In this document: piece after piece, positions 48,601 to 57,415 of the stretch
Position numbering within the stretch: the first letter of the stretch is position 1
Layout: each line of letters starts with the position of its first letter
Translations under genes and position numbers: made by a program
Notes under the pieces: generated by a model
Database searches by the model: none
Told to the model about the DNA's origin: nothing
The model's input: the letters and a program-made list of their open reading frames with translations, nothing else
Source of the DNA: a virus
Lineage: Duplodnaviria > Caudoviricetes
DNA length: 64,000 bases
Strand: one strand, 5' to 3'
IMG/VR virus record: IMGVR_UViG_3300010327_000802
Coordinates: 9,201 to 73,200 of that record

Positions 48601-51032
48601 GTAGGTATATGGATTATATTTTTAAACTTTTCTAAACTTTCTAAATTCCCCCAAGAAGCACCACATTTTATATCTACTTCTAAGGGGACTTTTATAAATT
48701 TAAATATCTCTTTTATTCTTTTAGTTGTTATTTCATTTACAATATTTACCACATAAGGTAATTCGTCTAGGATAACATCAATTAATATAGAATCGTGTAC
48801 AGTGTTAACAACAAAACTTTTAAGTCCATTAGCTTTAATCTCACGATCTATACCTAATAGAGCAGTCAAAGTAATATACGCCGCTGTAGATTGTACTGGA
48901 GCGTTAACAGCTTGTCTAATCTCTTCTTCAGTAGTTTCAGAACTGAAATGGCGCTTCTTACCAAAAGGAGTTACAACGTATTTCATTTGACGAGCAAAAG
49001 CCTTCTGTAACTCAGCCCAAAAATAAACATTTCTGTACGTATCAAAAAATCTTTTAATATAAACCTTTGCCTCTTTTTCACTTATTTCCTTACCTGTAGC
49101 GAGCTTAATTCTATTCGCTAATCCCGCCGGTGTGATTCCATAAACAATACCAAAATTAATAGTCTTACCTATCTTTCTTTCCTCTTCCGTAATCTTTTCT
49201 ATTGGTTTATTAAAAATTATAGAGCTTGTTAGAGTATGTAAGTCTATGTTCTCATTATATGCTTTTATCATTTCAGGGTCTTGAGAAAGAGAGGCTACTA
49301 CCCGTAATTCCATTTGTGAGTAATCTACCTCAAGTAAAAGGTCATTTTGTGGAACAAAAATTACCTTTATTTCGGAATCTTTAGGTATCTGTTGCAAATT
49401 AGGTCGCTCACAAGATACTCTCCCCGTAACAGTCCCAATAAGATTAAAACTAGGGTGAATACACCCATCGATAGACAACATGTCCTTAAATTTTTCCAAA
49501 AAGGTAGAAGTCATTTTCTGTAACCTTCTATACTCTAATAATAAATCGGCAAAACTATTTCCTGCAATATTTAGTAAAGATTCTTCGTTAGTAGATACTC
49601 TACCTGTTTTGGGGGTACGCTTTCCAGTATTAAAATTATTTAACTCCAAAATTTCAGATATTTGAATAGAAGAGTTAGGGTTAAACTCTTTCCCAGTTGT
49701 TTTTTCCCACTTTTTTACCTCCTCAAGATTCTTTAGCTTAATAACTATTTCTTTCATCCGTTTCTTATATTCTGTAATTAAGTTTTCTAGTTTTAGAACA
49801 TTTATCTTCATTCCCCTTAATTCCATATCTATAAACGTGTCTACCAATGGAAGGTATAAATTGTTGTGTAGAGCCTTCAGAGGGGGGTCATTTTCGAGTA
49901 GTTTTGATAATCTTTCATATGCTATATAAGTAATAAATGCGTCTTTTGCATTATAAACTAAGAGATTTTCTATTTTATCTGCAAGTATATTTCCATCTTT
50001 GTCAAATATATATTCAGATAAATCAGCTGCTCCACTATCTTTCACATCTCCCCAAAAACTTTCTTTGTAAGATACCACTCCCATTTCACTCGCAATAAAG
50101 GATAAACTATGCGGCAAGTTTTCGTCTAACAAATAATGGGCTATTATTGTATCAAAAATCAATCCACATACTTTTATACCAAAATACTTTAACCACTTCA
50201 TATCAAACTTAGCATTATGAGCCACTTTAGGAATATCATTCTCAAAAATAACCCTAAGTATATCATAAAATGTAGACTCTTCCCACCTTATTCCATCAAG
50301 AGACAGGGAATATAAATTACCATCTTTATACCTACCTGATAAGCCCACGGATATAATCCTACTATTAGAAGCAAAAGGAGAAAAACTAGTTGTTTCTAAA
50401 TCAAAAGCAAAACATTTTACATTTGAAATAAAATCAATAAGTATATCGTAGTCCTCATTTTTCCCTTGAAGAATCTGATAGGTAAACTCCGGGAGAGTAA
50501 AACTACTATCTAAAATTGTTTTTAATATTTCAAACGTTTTTTTGAATTCAAATACTAGGACTGGATTACGCAGAACAGCGGCTGGATGGTAGGTTGGTAT
50601 TACTATTCTCTCTTTACCAAATAGATTTATTTTCTTAGTTCTATTTACAGCACTCTTTAAACTATCGTTGAAGCCAAGACTTCTATAAGCGACTAATCCA
50701 AGAGGAACAACTATATCAGGATCAGCAATTTCAAAATCTTTGGCTAAATAGTAATTACATTTCTTTGCTATATCGGCTGTAGGCGTTTCATTTTGAGGTG
50801 GGCGACACTTAACTGTATTAGTAATCCCAAAAGTAAAACTTGTTTCCTTTAATAAAAGTGAAATTTGTTCTCTCAACTTCATACCAGATCTACCAATAAA
50901 AGGTACCCCTTGTCTCTCTTCTTCCTCACCAGGAGCTTCACCAATGAAAAGTATTTTTACCTTTCCAGCGTATTGTGGTGGAACAAATGTACAAGGGTAA
51001 AGTTTACATTCTTCACATATTGTATTTTTCAT
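48597..51032 (-). CDS. polA: Family A DNA polymerase with N-terminal family-4 UDG-like domain and 3'-5' exonuclease
   Basis: UDG: C..C.L, IGEAPG, NTVKCRP, TYHPAA; exonuclease: AFDLET, HNAKFD, YNAKD; polymerase: TGRVSC..PNLQQIP, DYSQMELR, K.INFG..YG, VHDS. Confidence 0.95.
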   Translation of the reverse strand: MKNTICEECKLYPCTFVPPQYAGKVKILFIGEAPGEEEERQGVPFIGRSGMKLREQISLLLKETSFTFGITNTVKCRPPQNETPTADIAKKCNYYLAKDFEIADPDIVVPLGLVAYRSLGFNDSLKSAVNRTKKINLFGKERIVIPTYHPAAVLRNPVLVFEFKKTFEILKTILDSSFTLPEFTYQILQGKNEDYDILIDFISNVKCFAFDLETTSFSPFASNSRIISVGLSGRYKDGNLYSLSLDGIRWEESTFYDILRVIFENDIPKVAHNAKFDMKWLKYFGIKVCGLIFDTIIAHYLLDENLPHSLSFIASEMGVVSYKESFWGDVKDSGAADLSEYIFDKDGNILADKIENLLVYNAKDAFITYIAYERLSKLLENDPPLKALHNNLYLPLVDTFIDMELRGMKINVLKLENLITEYKKRMKEIVIKLKNLEEVKKWEKTTGKEFNPNSSIQISEILELNNFNTGKRTPKTGRVSTNEESLLNIAGNSFADLLLEYRRLQKMTSTFLEKFKDMLSIDGCIHPSFNLIGTVTGRVSCERPNLQQIPKDSEIKVIFVPQNDLLLEVDYSQMELRVVASLSQDPEMIKAYNENIDLHTLTSSIIFNKPIEKITEEERKIGKTINFGIVYGITPAGLANRIKLATGKEISEKEAKVYIKRFFDTYRNVYFWAELQKAFARQMKYVVTPFGKKRHFSSETTEEEIRQAVNAPVQSTAAYITLTALLGIDREIKANGLKSFVVNTVHDSILIDVILDELPYVVNIVNEITTKRIKEIFKFIKVPLEVDIKCGASWGNLESLEKFKNIIHIPT

Positions 51033-51038
51033 AGTACT

Positions 51039-51067
51039 ATAATAATGTCTTTTATGTGAAAAGTAAA
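51039..51067 (-). promoter_or_regulatory. Promoter TTTACT-N17-TATTAT giving a probably leaderless polA mRNA
   Basis: Only 6 nt between the -10 box and the ATG; no SD. Confidence 0.6.
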
Positions 51068-51111
51068 CCCTGTTTTTTTAAATATATTTTCACTATTCCA
51101 ACTTTACTATT

Positions 51112-51213
51112 TTTACTATACGATTATACTTTACCAACTTTACTATACGATTATACTTTACCAACTTTACTATACGATTATACTTTACCAACTTTACTAT
51201 ACGATTATACTTT
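51112..51213. repeat. 27-bp direct tandem repeat (TTTACTATACGATTATACTTTACCAAC) x about 3.8, iteron-like
   Basis: Exact copies at 51112, 51139 and 51166, partial at 51193. Confidence 0.95.
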
Positions 51214-51429
51214 TTTATACTATATCTTGTAATCAAAGATGTATAAAGGGAAAATACTATTTTATGGTAAGGTATTTCTATTTCCACTAATACCAATGAA
51301 TACAGAAAAGTATAGTAATTAGACAGTAAAGGTACAAAGCCACCTACTACTACACCCCCTAAGAAAACAAAGAAAAGGTATAGTAGTTAACTGTTACACG
51401 GGGGGGGTATAGATGACTTTGTAAAAAGG

Positions 51430-51449
51430 TTTCTAAAATATTTTAGAAA
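51430..51449. promoter_or_regulatory. Perfect 20-bp palindrome TTTCTAAAATATTTTAGAAA
   Basis: Seen directly; function unknown. Confidence 0.5.
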
Positions 51450-51869
51450 TTAGACTAATTGTTGTTTTATTTTTGTCCAACCATCTTTTAATAATAATAA
51501 CATTAAAGCAAGTTCACCATCTGGAACTTTAAATCTTCCATTAACTAAACCATAAAAATCTCCATAGATTATATCTCTAAGCAACTTCTCCAGCTCAGTT
51601 TTATTTTTACCCAAATAGGGTTTAGGCAAAAATATTCTTTTTTTTAAATTAGGTTTACTCCCAGATAATCTTTTTATTTCCCTAATCATTTTTTCAAAGC
51701 CTATATCATCTTGAGGTATCATAGGTAGTATCTTTTGTAAATAACTATCCGTTTTCTTTATAAAATGATTAATATATTTCCTTGTTATCTGTTCAAGTCC
51801 ACAAATATTGTCTTTTAGTTCTTTACTTTCTATTGTCTCCTTTAACTTTACAAAATCTATCTCTTTCAT
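51450..51869 (-). CDS. Basic hypothetical protein
   Basis: ORF in operon. Confidence 0.65.
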   Translation of the reverse strand: MKEIDFVKLKETIESKELKDNICGLEQITRKYINHFIKKTDSYLQKILPMIPQDDIGFEKMIREIKRLSGSKPNLKKRIFLPKPYLGKNKTELEKLLRDIIYGDFYGLVNGRFKVPDGELALMLLLLKDGWTKIKQQLV

Positions 51870-52301
51870 TTAATCCCTCTTTATTTCTTTTATATGCCCA
51901 ACTTTATCAATGTCAGCTGTATTTTCTATAAAAGCTATTAGTGAATCTATTCCCAGCTGTAAAGCCTTTAAAAGTATAATTAATTTATCCTTCGGTATAC
52001 CTAAGGCTTGAGAAAGCATATCTAAATTACCATTAAACAGGGCTTGAATAGCCTTACCTCCCTGGGTCTCTGGGAACTCTACTTCTACTTTTAAATTAGG
52101 TAAATAATTATACATATCTAATAACATATCTGAACATTTTATCAATTCACTTAGTTTAACAGCAACCCCTTTGCCATCATCCTGTATTAATTTATAAAAT
52201 ATATCTTCAATTCTATCATGTTTCTTTTTTAACATCTCAAAACTATTAGAGATACTTATAGCTATTTTAAGCAAGTTCTTAGTATTTATATCAAGTATCA
52301 C
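51870..52301 (-). CDS. Hypothetical protein
   Basis: GAGG SD, GTG start. Confidence 0.65.
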   Translation of the reverse strand: MILDINTKNLLKIAISISNSFEMLKKKHDRIEDIFYKLIQDDGKGVAVKLSELIKCSDMLLDMYNYLPNLKVEVEFPETQGGKAIQALFNGNLDMLSQALGIPKDKLIILLKALQLGIDSLIAFIENTADIDKVGHIKEIKRD

Positions 52302-52312
52302 TTTTTTCTCCT

Positions 52313-54211
52313 CTAAGCATTTATTTGATCATTTTTTGTTAATCCTCCTACAAAATCAAACACTTGGGGGTCTGCTTGGAAAGCTTTCATTATTTCTGTT
52401 GGATTTAATATGTACTTACCCCAACTTAACTTCTTTATAAATCCTTTTTCACACAAGCGATTAAGCCCCCATTTTATTGTCGATTCAGAAACATCACTTA
52501 ATTCATCTTTTATCTTCTTCACCGTAGCGATTTCACTAGAATTTTCCACTATAGATTTCAAAATTTTCCTTTCAGCTTCTCCCAAGAATATCGTTGGTAG
52601 GTGTACTTTATCTACTGGATAGTATCTCTTAACTGAATTATCATCCCCCACTAAAGAAATATCTATGTCATCTATTTCTGCATACCTTGATTGAACTTCA
52701 ATAGTTCTAATTCTATCTTCTTTGCTCTTATATTGTAAGCCTATAACCACATCAACAACTGCTGCTATACCTGTAGTGCCTAGTATTTTTCCTACTAAAT
52801 CTATACCTTCTGTATTCTTTTTATAATGATGTATGAAAATCAAAGCTGTATTGTATTTCTCTGCTAGTCGCTTCATTTCTGAGAGAAACTTATACATATA
52901 TTCGTAATCACTTTCTTTACTTTTATAATCCCTTTGTGGTAGAAAATAATACAGTGTATCAAATAAAACTACTTCCGGATTATTAGTAGCAATTATACTT
53001 TCAATGACTTTAATTACTCTTTTTAAACTTCTATCCTCATAAAAGAAAGGGTCTATATCTTGTCTAGAAAGAAAGAGAAAATTTTTATCTATGGATTCTC
53101 TAAACCTTATATCTGGTCCTCCTATCATTTCTAGTCTCTTTTTTAGGATTGGTCTTCCATTTTCCATATCAACATAAATTACTTTACTTTGATTTACTTC
53201 AAACATATCTAAAAATTTTTCATTTTCTGCTATGCATTGTAGTAGCTGTAGCCCTAATAAGGATTTACCTACTTTAGGTGACCCTGCTAATATGCTTACT
53301 GACCCACGAGGTATAAGGTTTTCTACTATATAGGAAATTTGGTTTTCTTCTTCCCATAAACTGTTGATATTACGACCATTTATTTGAAATAATTCTTCCT
53401 TTTCTTCCTTCTTTCCCTTATGTGCTTCCTCCGTTACAGCAAGTATATTTAATTGATTAAATATTTCTTTTCCTAATAACTCAATTAACCCCGAGCTTCC
53501 AGCAACTTCTTTTTCTCCCTTCTCTTGTAATTTTTTATAAGTAGATTTTACTGTTGAAACCCGCTGTCTTATTTCTTCGTCTTGTGTTAAGTGTCCTAGT
53601 ACGTTTATTACTCTTTCCACTTCCTCTATAGTATAACCTAGTTTCAATAACCACCCTGAAGCGTAAAGAGCTAAATTTTGCCTATACCCCTTAATCCACA
53701 TAAGAGATAATGCATAAGTTATAGTAGCTAAGTTTATTGATCTAACTAGGCTATTGAATTCTATCTCTGTTATATCAAAAGAATCATTTAACCATTTTAA
53801 TTCCTCACCTGAAGGATGTATGGAAGGAGGTATGATTGTTTGTTGTTTGCCTGTACGTATTTCAACAAGTAACTTATTGTCAAATTTCCACTGAATTGTT
53901 TTTGTAGTCTCCCCGTTCTTTGTAGCAAATATGAAGTGAGAATATTTCTTCCCCGCCCTAGAAATTATAGCTTTGCAAGAGCTATCTAAAAATAAGTTTA
54001 TTATTTCTCCAAGGCTACTTATTTCTACATCTACATCTACTAAATTACCTAAAACTAATCCAACATTAGTCTCATAGCTAAAATCATTAATAGTAAACTC
54101 TTTTTCTGGCCACCCCTCTATTGTGGGTGCCTTTGATTGTAGTGGTACTGGAATTATATGCAATCTCTTAGAAAAATAAGCTCTTAAGAGATCGTTCATC
54201 TTTGAACTCAT
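52313..54211 (-). CDS. Bifunctional primase-polymerase (AEP-like) fused to a RepA/AAA_25 RecA-fold helicase and C-terminal wHTH
   Basis: K.P...GW, NVG...G.L.DVDVE, H.I, EIR.G....IIPPSIHP.G..L.W; AGSPKVGKS, LFDT, IHH. Confidence 0.85.
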   Translation of the reverse strand: MSSKMNDLLRAYFSKRLHIIPVPLQSKAPTIEGWPEKEFTINDFSYETNVGLVLGNLVDVDVEISSLGEIINLFLDSSCKAIISRAGKKYSHFIFATKNGETTKTIQWKFDNKLLVEIRTGKQQTIIPPSIHPSGEELKWLNDSFDITEIEFNSLVRSINLATITYALSLMWIKGYRQNLALYASGWLLKLGYTIEEVERVINVLGHLTQDEEIRQRVSTVKSTYKKLQEKGEKEVAGSSGLIELLGKEIFNQLNILAVTEEAHKGKKEEKEELFQINGRNINSLWEEENQISYIVENLIPRGSVSILAGSPKVGKSLLGLQLLQCIAENEKFLDMFEVNQSKVIYVDMENGRPILKKRLEMIGGPDIRFRESIDKNFLFLSRQDIDPFFYEDRSLKRVIKVIESIIATNNPEVVLFDTLYYFLPQRDYKSKESDYEYMYKFLSEMKRLAEKYNTALIFIHHYKKNTEGIDLVGKILGTTGIAAVVDVVIGLQYKSKEDRIRTIEVQSRYAEIDDIDISLVGDDNSVKRYYPVDKVHLPTIFLGEAERKILKSIVENSSEIATVKKIKDELSDVSESTIKWGLNRLCEKGFIKKLSWGKYILNPTEIMKAFQADPQVFDFVGGLTKNDQINA

Positions 54212-54654
54212 TCCGCACCTCCAGTTGAACCAAACCCTCCTTCTCCTCTTTCAGTTGGAAAGAGGTGTTCAACTTGTTCCCACTCTATTCTTTCTACCTT
54301 ACTTAAAACAAGTTGAGCTACTTTATCATATTTTTCAAGTTTTATTTTTTCTTTTCCTATATTAGCTAAAATCAATTTAATTTCTCCTCTGTAATCTGAA
54401 TCTATTGTCCCAGGTGAATTAGCTATAATAAGCCCCTTTAATGCATAACTACTACGGAGACGCACTTGGATTTCATACCCTACGGGGATTTCCACAGAAA
54501 TACCTGTACTTACTAATACTACTTCTCCAGGATTTATAGTGACATTTTCTATTATGGCAATGTCTGCTCCAGAAGATCCCTTTGTTGCATAATAGGGCAA
54601 ACTATAAAAACTATCATCTTTTATAATATCTCCAAGTTTTACCTTTACTTTCAA
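54208..54654 (-). CDS. dut: Trimeric dUTPase
   Basis: SGADI, RSS, GTIDSDYRGE, AQL, RGEGGFGSTG. Confidence 0.96.
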   Translation of the reverse strand: MKVKVKLGDIIKDDSFYSLPYYATKGSSGADIAIIENVTINPGEVVLVSTGISVEIPVGYEIQVRLRSSYALKGLIIANSPGTIDSDYRGEIKLILANIGKEKIKLEKYDKVAQLVLSKVERIEWEQVEHLFPTERGEGGFGSTGGAE

Positions 54655-54663
54655 TTATACCCC

Positions 54664-55053
54664 CTATATATATTTGATAAGTAACTTATCCGCAAATATT
54701 TTAAGACTACCTAAAATAGAGCTCAGTACATTATCTCTCTGTTCCTCATTCTCAGAAAGAAGACCAATTATATATTTTAGTTCGTTGAGAATTTCATTAT
54801 GAAATTCCTTATCTATAAGATAGCTTTCTAATAATCCCTCTAAAAATATATTTAATTGTAAAGCCTTTTTTCCCTCTATATCCGGTATCTCTTCGACCTC
54901 TTTTCTTTTATAGATCTGTATTTTATCATCTTGGATATTCTTAGGATTCGACAGGTAAAGTAGGTAATAAAAGTCTGATTTTATTCTGGTTTTTATCATA
55001 TCCCTTAGTAACTTTTCAAAATTTTTCCTTTGTAGTTCTTCATCCATTAACAC
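54664..55053 (-). CDS. Hypothetical protein, first gene of the leftward operon
   Basis: AGGAGG SD. Confidence 0.65.
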   Translation of the reverse strand: MLMDEELQRKNFEKLLRDMIKTRIKSDFYYLLYLSNPKNIQDDKIQIYKRKEVEEIPDIEGKKALQLNIFLEGLLESYLIDKEFHNEILNELKYIIGLLSENEEQRDNVLSSILGSLKIFADKLLIKYI

Positions 55054-55118
55054 CTCCTAAGTGTTATATCTGTATTTAGTTTGTTTTGGATGAAAAGTAA
55101 ACCCCCAAATTAAAAATC

Positions 55119-55147
55119 TTTACTTTTCACATAGTTTTAGTTATAAT
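55119..55147 (+). promoter_or_regulatory. Promoter TTTACT-N17-TATAAT giving a probably leaderless nuclease mRNA
   Basis: 7 nt between the -10 box and ATG 55155; shares TTTACTTTTCACATA with the polA promoter. Confidence 0.7.
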
Positions 55148-55154
55148 ATTACTT

Positions 55155-56165
55155 ATGTTACTTTCTTATTCTTCTATTAATAGGTTTAAGCAGTGTCGCC
55201 GCTGGTTTTATAAGAAGCATATAGAACTAGCCCCACCTGAATTCCCTAAGGGACATATTTATCAAAAAGGAATAGATTTTCATTCTAATATGGAACTCGC
55301 ACTTTCTTTTGGGGTTACTCCAGATTTTAAAAGTCAAGAAACTATAGATAAGTGGAAAGAAGTTATGTCTCTTATTAGTGGATTGGTGTTATTCATTGAA
55401 CAAAGTTTCTATTTAGATAATAATATGGAACTACACCATGATTACACCCCAGATGCTTGGTTCACAGGCAAAGCAGATGTTATAGCATATACCCCATCAG
55501 AAGAATTATATATAATAGAATTTAAAAACTCATTTGAGAATGAAGAAGAGGTCTACAATCAGTTAATAACCTATGCAAGTGCCTATTACATAAACCAAAA
55601 AAATTTCAAAGCGTTTATATTTACTCCATTTAAGTGCTATGAAAGAGAACTAAAGCTTGAAGAAATCTTGTTAAAAAGGAAAGAATTACAAGAAATAAGA
55701 CAAAACATTACCAAATTTTTAAATTCACCAAGCAAAGACCTTTCACCTACAGCAGGATCTCATTGTTTCTTTTGTGAATATATTAATTCATGCCCAGCAT
55801 ATCAGTCTTTAGCTTATAAGGATTCATTTGACCCAGAGACTTTGCCAAAGAGACTATTACAGCTTGAAAACGAGCTAACTAATTTACGGAACTTGGCTAA
55901 ATTTATGATTGAATCTGGGTATAAAGTACAACATAATAATGTATCCTATCTTCTAGAATTAGTAGAAAACATAGAAGTTTCTCCTAGTCAAGTAATTAAA
56001 GTTTTAAAGGAAAAAGGTATAGATCCGTTCGGTGAAGACATAATTTCGGTATTTTCTGTCAATATAGAAGCTCTTAAAAAAATAGCTTTAAAGTATGGAA
56101 TAGACTTTTCAGAATTTTACCCAACTTTTAAAGCTTATACACGCTTATCTAGAAAAAATGGATAA
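55155..56165 (+). CDS. PD-(D/E)XK (RecB/Cas4-like) exonuclease
   Basis: SYS.I..F..C, G..FH..ME, E, GKADV, IEFK, QL..YA, HCFFCEY...CP. Confidence 0.85.
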   Translation: MLLSYSSINRFKQCRRWFYKKHIELAPPEFPKGHIYQKGIDFHSNMELALSFGVTPDFKSQETIDKWKEVMSLISGLVLFIEQSFYLDNNMELHHDYTPDAWFTGKADVIAYTPSEELYIIEFKNSFENEEEVYNQLITYASAYYINQKNFKAFIFTPFKCYERELKLEEILLKRKELQEIRQNITKFLNSPSKDLSPTAGSHCFFCEYINSCPAYQSLAYKDSFDPETLPKRLLQLENELTNLRNLAKFMIESGYKVQHNNVSYLLELVENIEVSPSQVIKVLKEKGIDPFGEDIISVFSVNIEALKKIALKYGIDFSEFYPTFKAYTRLSRKNG

Positions 56166-56182
56166 AAAATTTATAAAGGTAC

Positions 56183-56211
56183 TTGACAAATCAATCTAAT
56201 TTGTATATAAA
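56183..56211 (+). promoter_or_regulatory. sigma70-type promoter TTGACA-N17-TATAAA
   Basis: Upstream of the AAGGAGG SD of the lipoprotein gene. Confidence 0.6.
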
Positions 56212-56233
56212 TATATTATAAAGGAGGTGTAAA

Positions 56234-56593
56234 GTGAAAGTTTTGGTTCTTCTAAAGGTAAAATACCTATTGATGCTGGCAATGGGGTTGATAGCGTGTA
56301 GTGGAAAGGATAGGTCATATGAATTCCTACAAAACGCTATCCTTTCCTATAACCCTGAAACTTACATTGACAAAGAATCACCTACATACTTTAAGACAGC
56401 TGTGACCTTGAGTTTACTTCAACAGGCTGATAGTTCAAAATTAATTTCCAAAGCTCCAATTGGAAGTGGTGTCAAGCTGTTTAGTTTTGCAGTCTATAGA
56501 GGTGGTGAGTGCGATACATTCCTTATTTTTGTGAGAAAGGTTAAGAATGGATATGTTATTTCTAACGCTTTAATTAAAGGAGTGGCACAATGA
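56234..56593 (+). CDS. Putative lipoprotein
   Basis: Hydrophobic signal ending LIAC-SG (lipobox-like). Confidence 0.6.
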   Translation: MKVLVLLKVKYLLMLAMGLIACSGKDRSYEFLQNAILSYNPETYIDKESPTYFKTAVTLSLLQQADSSKLISKAPIGSGVKLFSFAVYRGGECDTFLIFVRKVKNGYVISNALIKGVAQ

Positions 56594-57333
56594 TTATCTA
56601 CGATGGATTTGGTTTGGTAGAAAGACACGATTCAATGGGAGACTGGAGAGACATCGTGAGGATTGCAAGGGTCTCCCACATGTCCCTTTCGAAAGACCTT
56701 GATGAAGACCTGAAACTTCTTAGAAACCTGCTAAAATGGAGTCATTTATCGCCTTTCGAACACTGCCAAATTATATTCCGCATAGATGGAATTCCTCTTT
56801 ATTCTGCTGAACAATTTTTAAGATATAGAACTGCTAAAGTGACAAAAAGGTCTTATAGGTATGTAAACCTTCTGGAATTGTTTAACAGGATTTCCATAGG
56901 TCTTGGTGAAGACAGTGATTACGCTATTGAACTTTTATTCCATATTCCAAGAGATATAAAGAGTAATCCTGAGGCTAAAAAGGAATACATAAACCACATA
57001 AGAGTTTCAATTGCGAAATACAAATATCTTGTTGAGCAAGGTATTGATGAGGAAAAAGCAAGGGGTGTTCTTCCAACTTCTTTAAGGACTGAAATGTATT
57101 ATACCATTGACATGCGAAATCTTTTCCACATTTTCAGTGAAAGAATATCTCCTCACACTCAACCTGAAACCCGTGAAGTTGCAAAAGCAATGTTTGTAGA
57201 GACTTACAAGTATGACCCAGTTATTATTGAAAATTGGGTTGAACAGTATGGCTCAGACTACATCAAGTCTTTCTTTGATTATGTTTTGAAACAGGATTTA
57301 GGTAAAGATGATGACTTCAATCTCCAAGAATAA
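56590..57333 (+). CDS. thyX: Second ThyX-family flavoprotein (RYR-x7-S variant)
   Basis: ARVS, HLSPFEH, RYRTAKVTKRSYRY, EKARGVLP, DMRNL.H....R. Confidence 0.82.
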   Translation: MIIYDGFGLVERHDSMGDWRDIVRIARVSHMSLSKDLDEDLKLLRNLLKWSHLSPFEHCQIIFRIDGIPLYSAEQFLRYRTAKVTKRSYRYVNLLELFNRISIGLGEDSDYAIELLFHIPRDIKSNPEAKKEYINHIRVSIAKYKYLVEQGIDEEKARGVLPTSLRTEMYYTIDMRNLFHIFSERISPHTQPETREVAKAMFVETYKYDPVIIENWVEQYGSDYIKSFFDYVLKQDLGKDDDFNLQE

Positions 57334-57415
57334 ATTGAGACCAGTCATAATTTTTGAGAATGTAAAACAAATCTACATAACCTATTTCATTTTGTAACCA
57401 AAAGGAGGTATAACC

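Noticed and set aside
23529-51032. Inteins or introns in terL, nrdJ, dnaB, recA or polA
   Set aside because: Lengths and motif spacing are ordinary; no intein splice motifs or homing endonuclease segments were seen
51112-51213. Possible CRISPR array
   Set aside because: The repeats are head-to-tail with no unique spacers
51093-51296. 67-aa ORF with KYNRIVKLV repeats
   Set aside because: It is translation of the 27-bp repeat, with a TTG start and no SD; not fully excluded, but unsupported
227-53000. Numerous short plus-strand ORFs opposite long minus-strand genes, and similar minus-strand ORFs at 57502-61220
   Set aside because: They are antisense shadows with no SD or motifs, fully overlapped by supported genes
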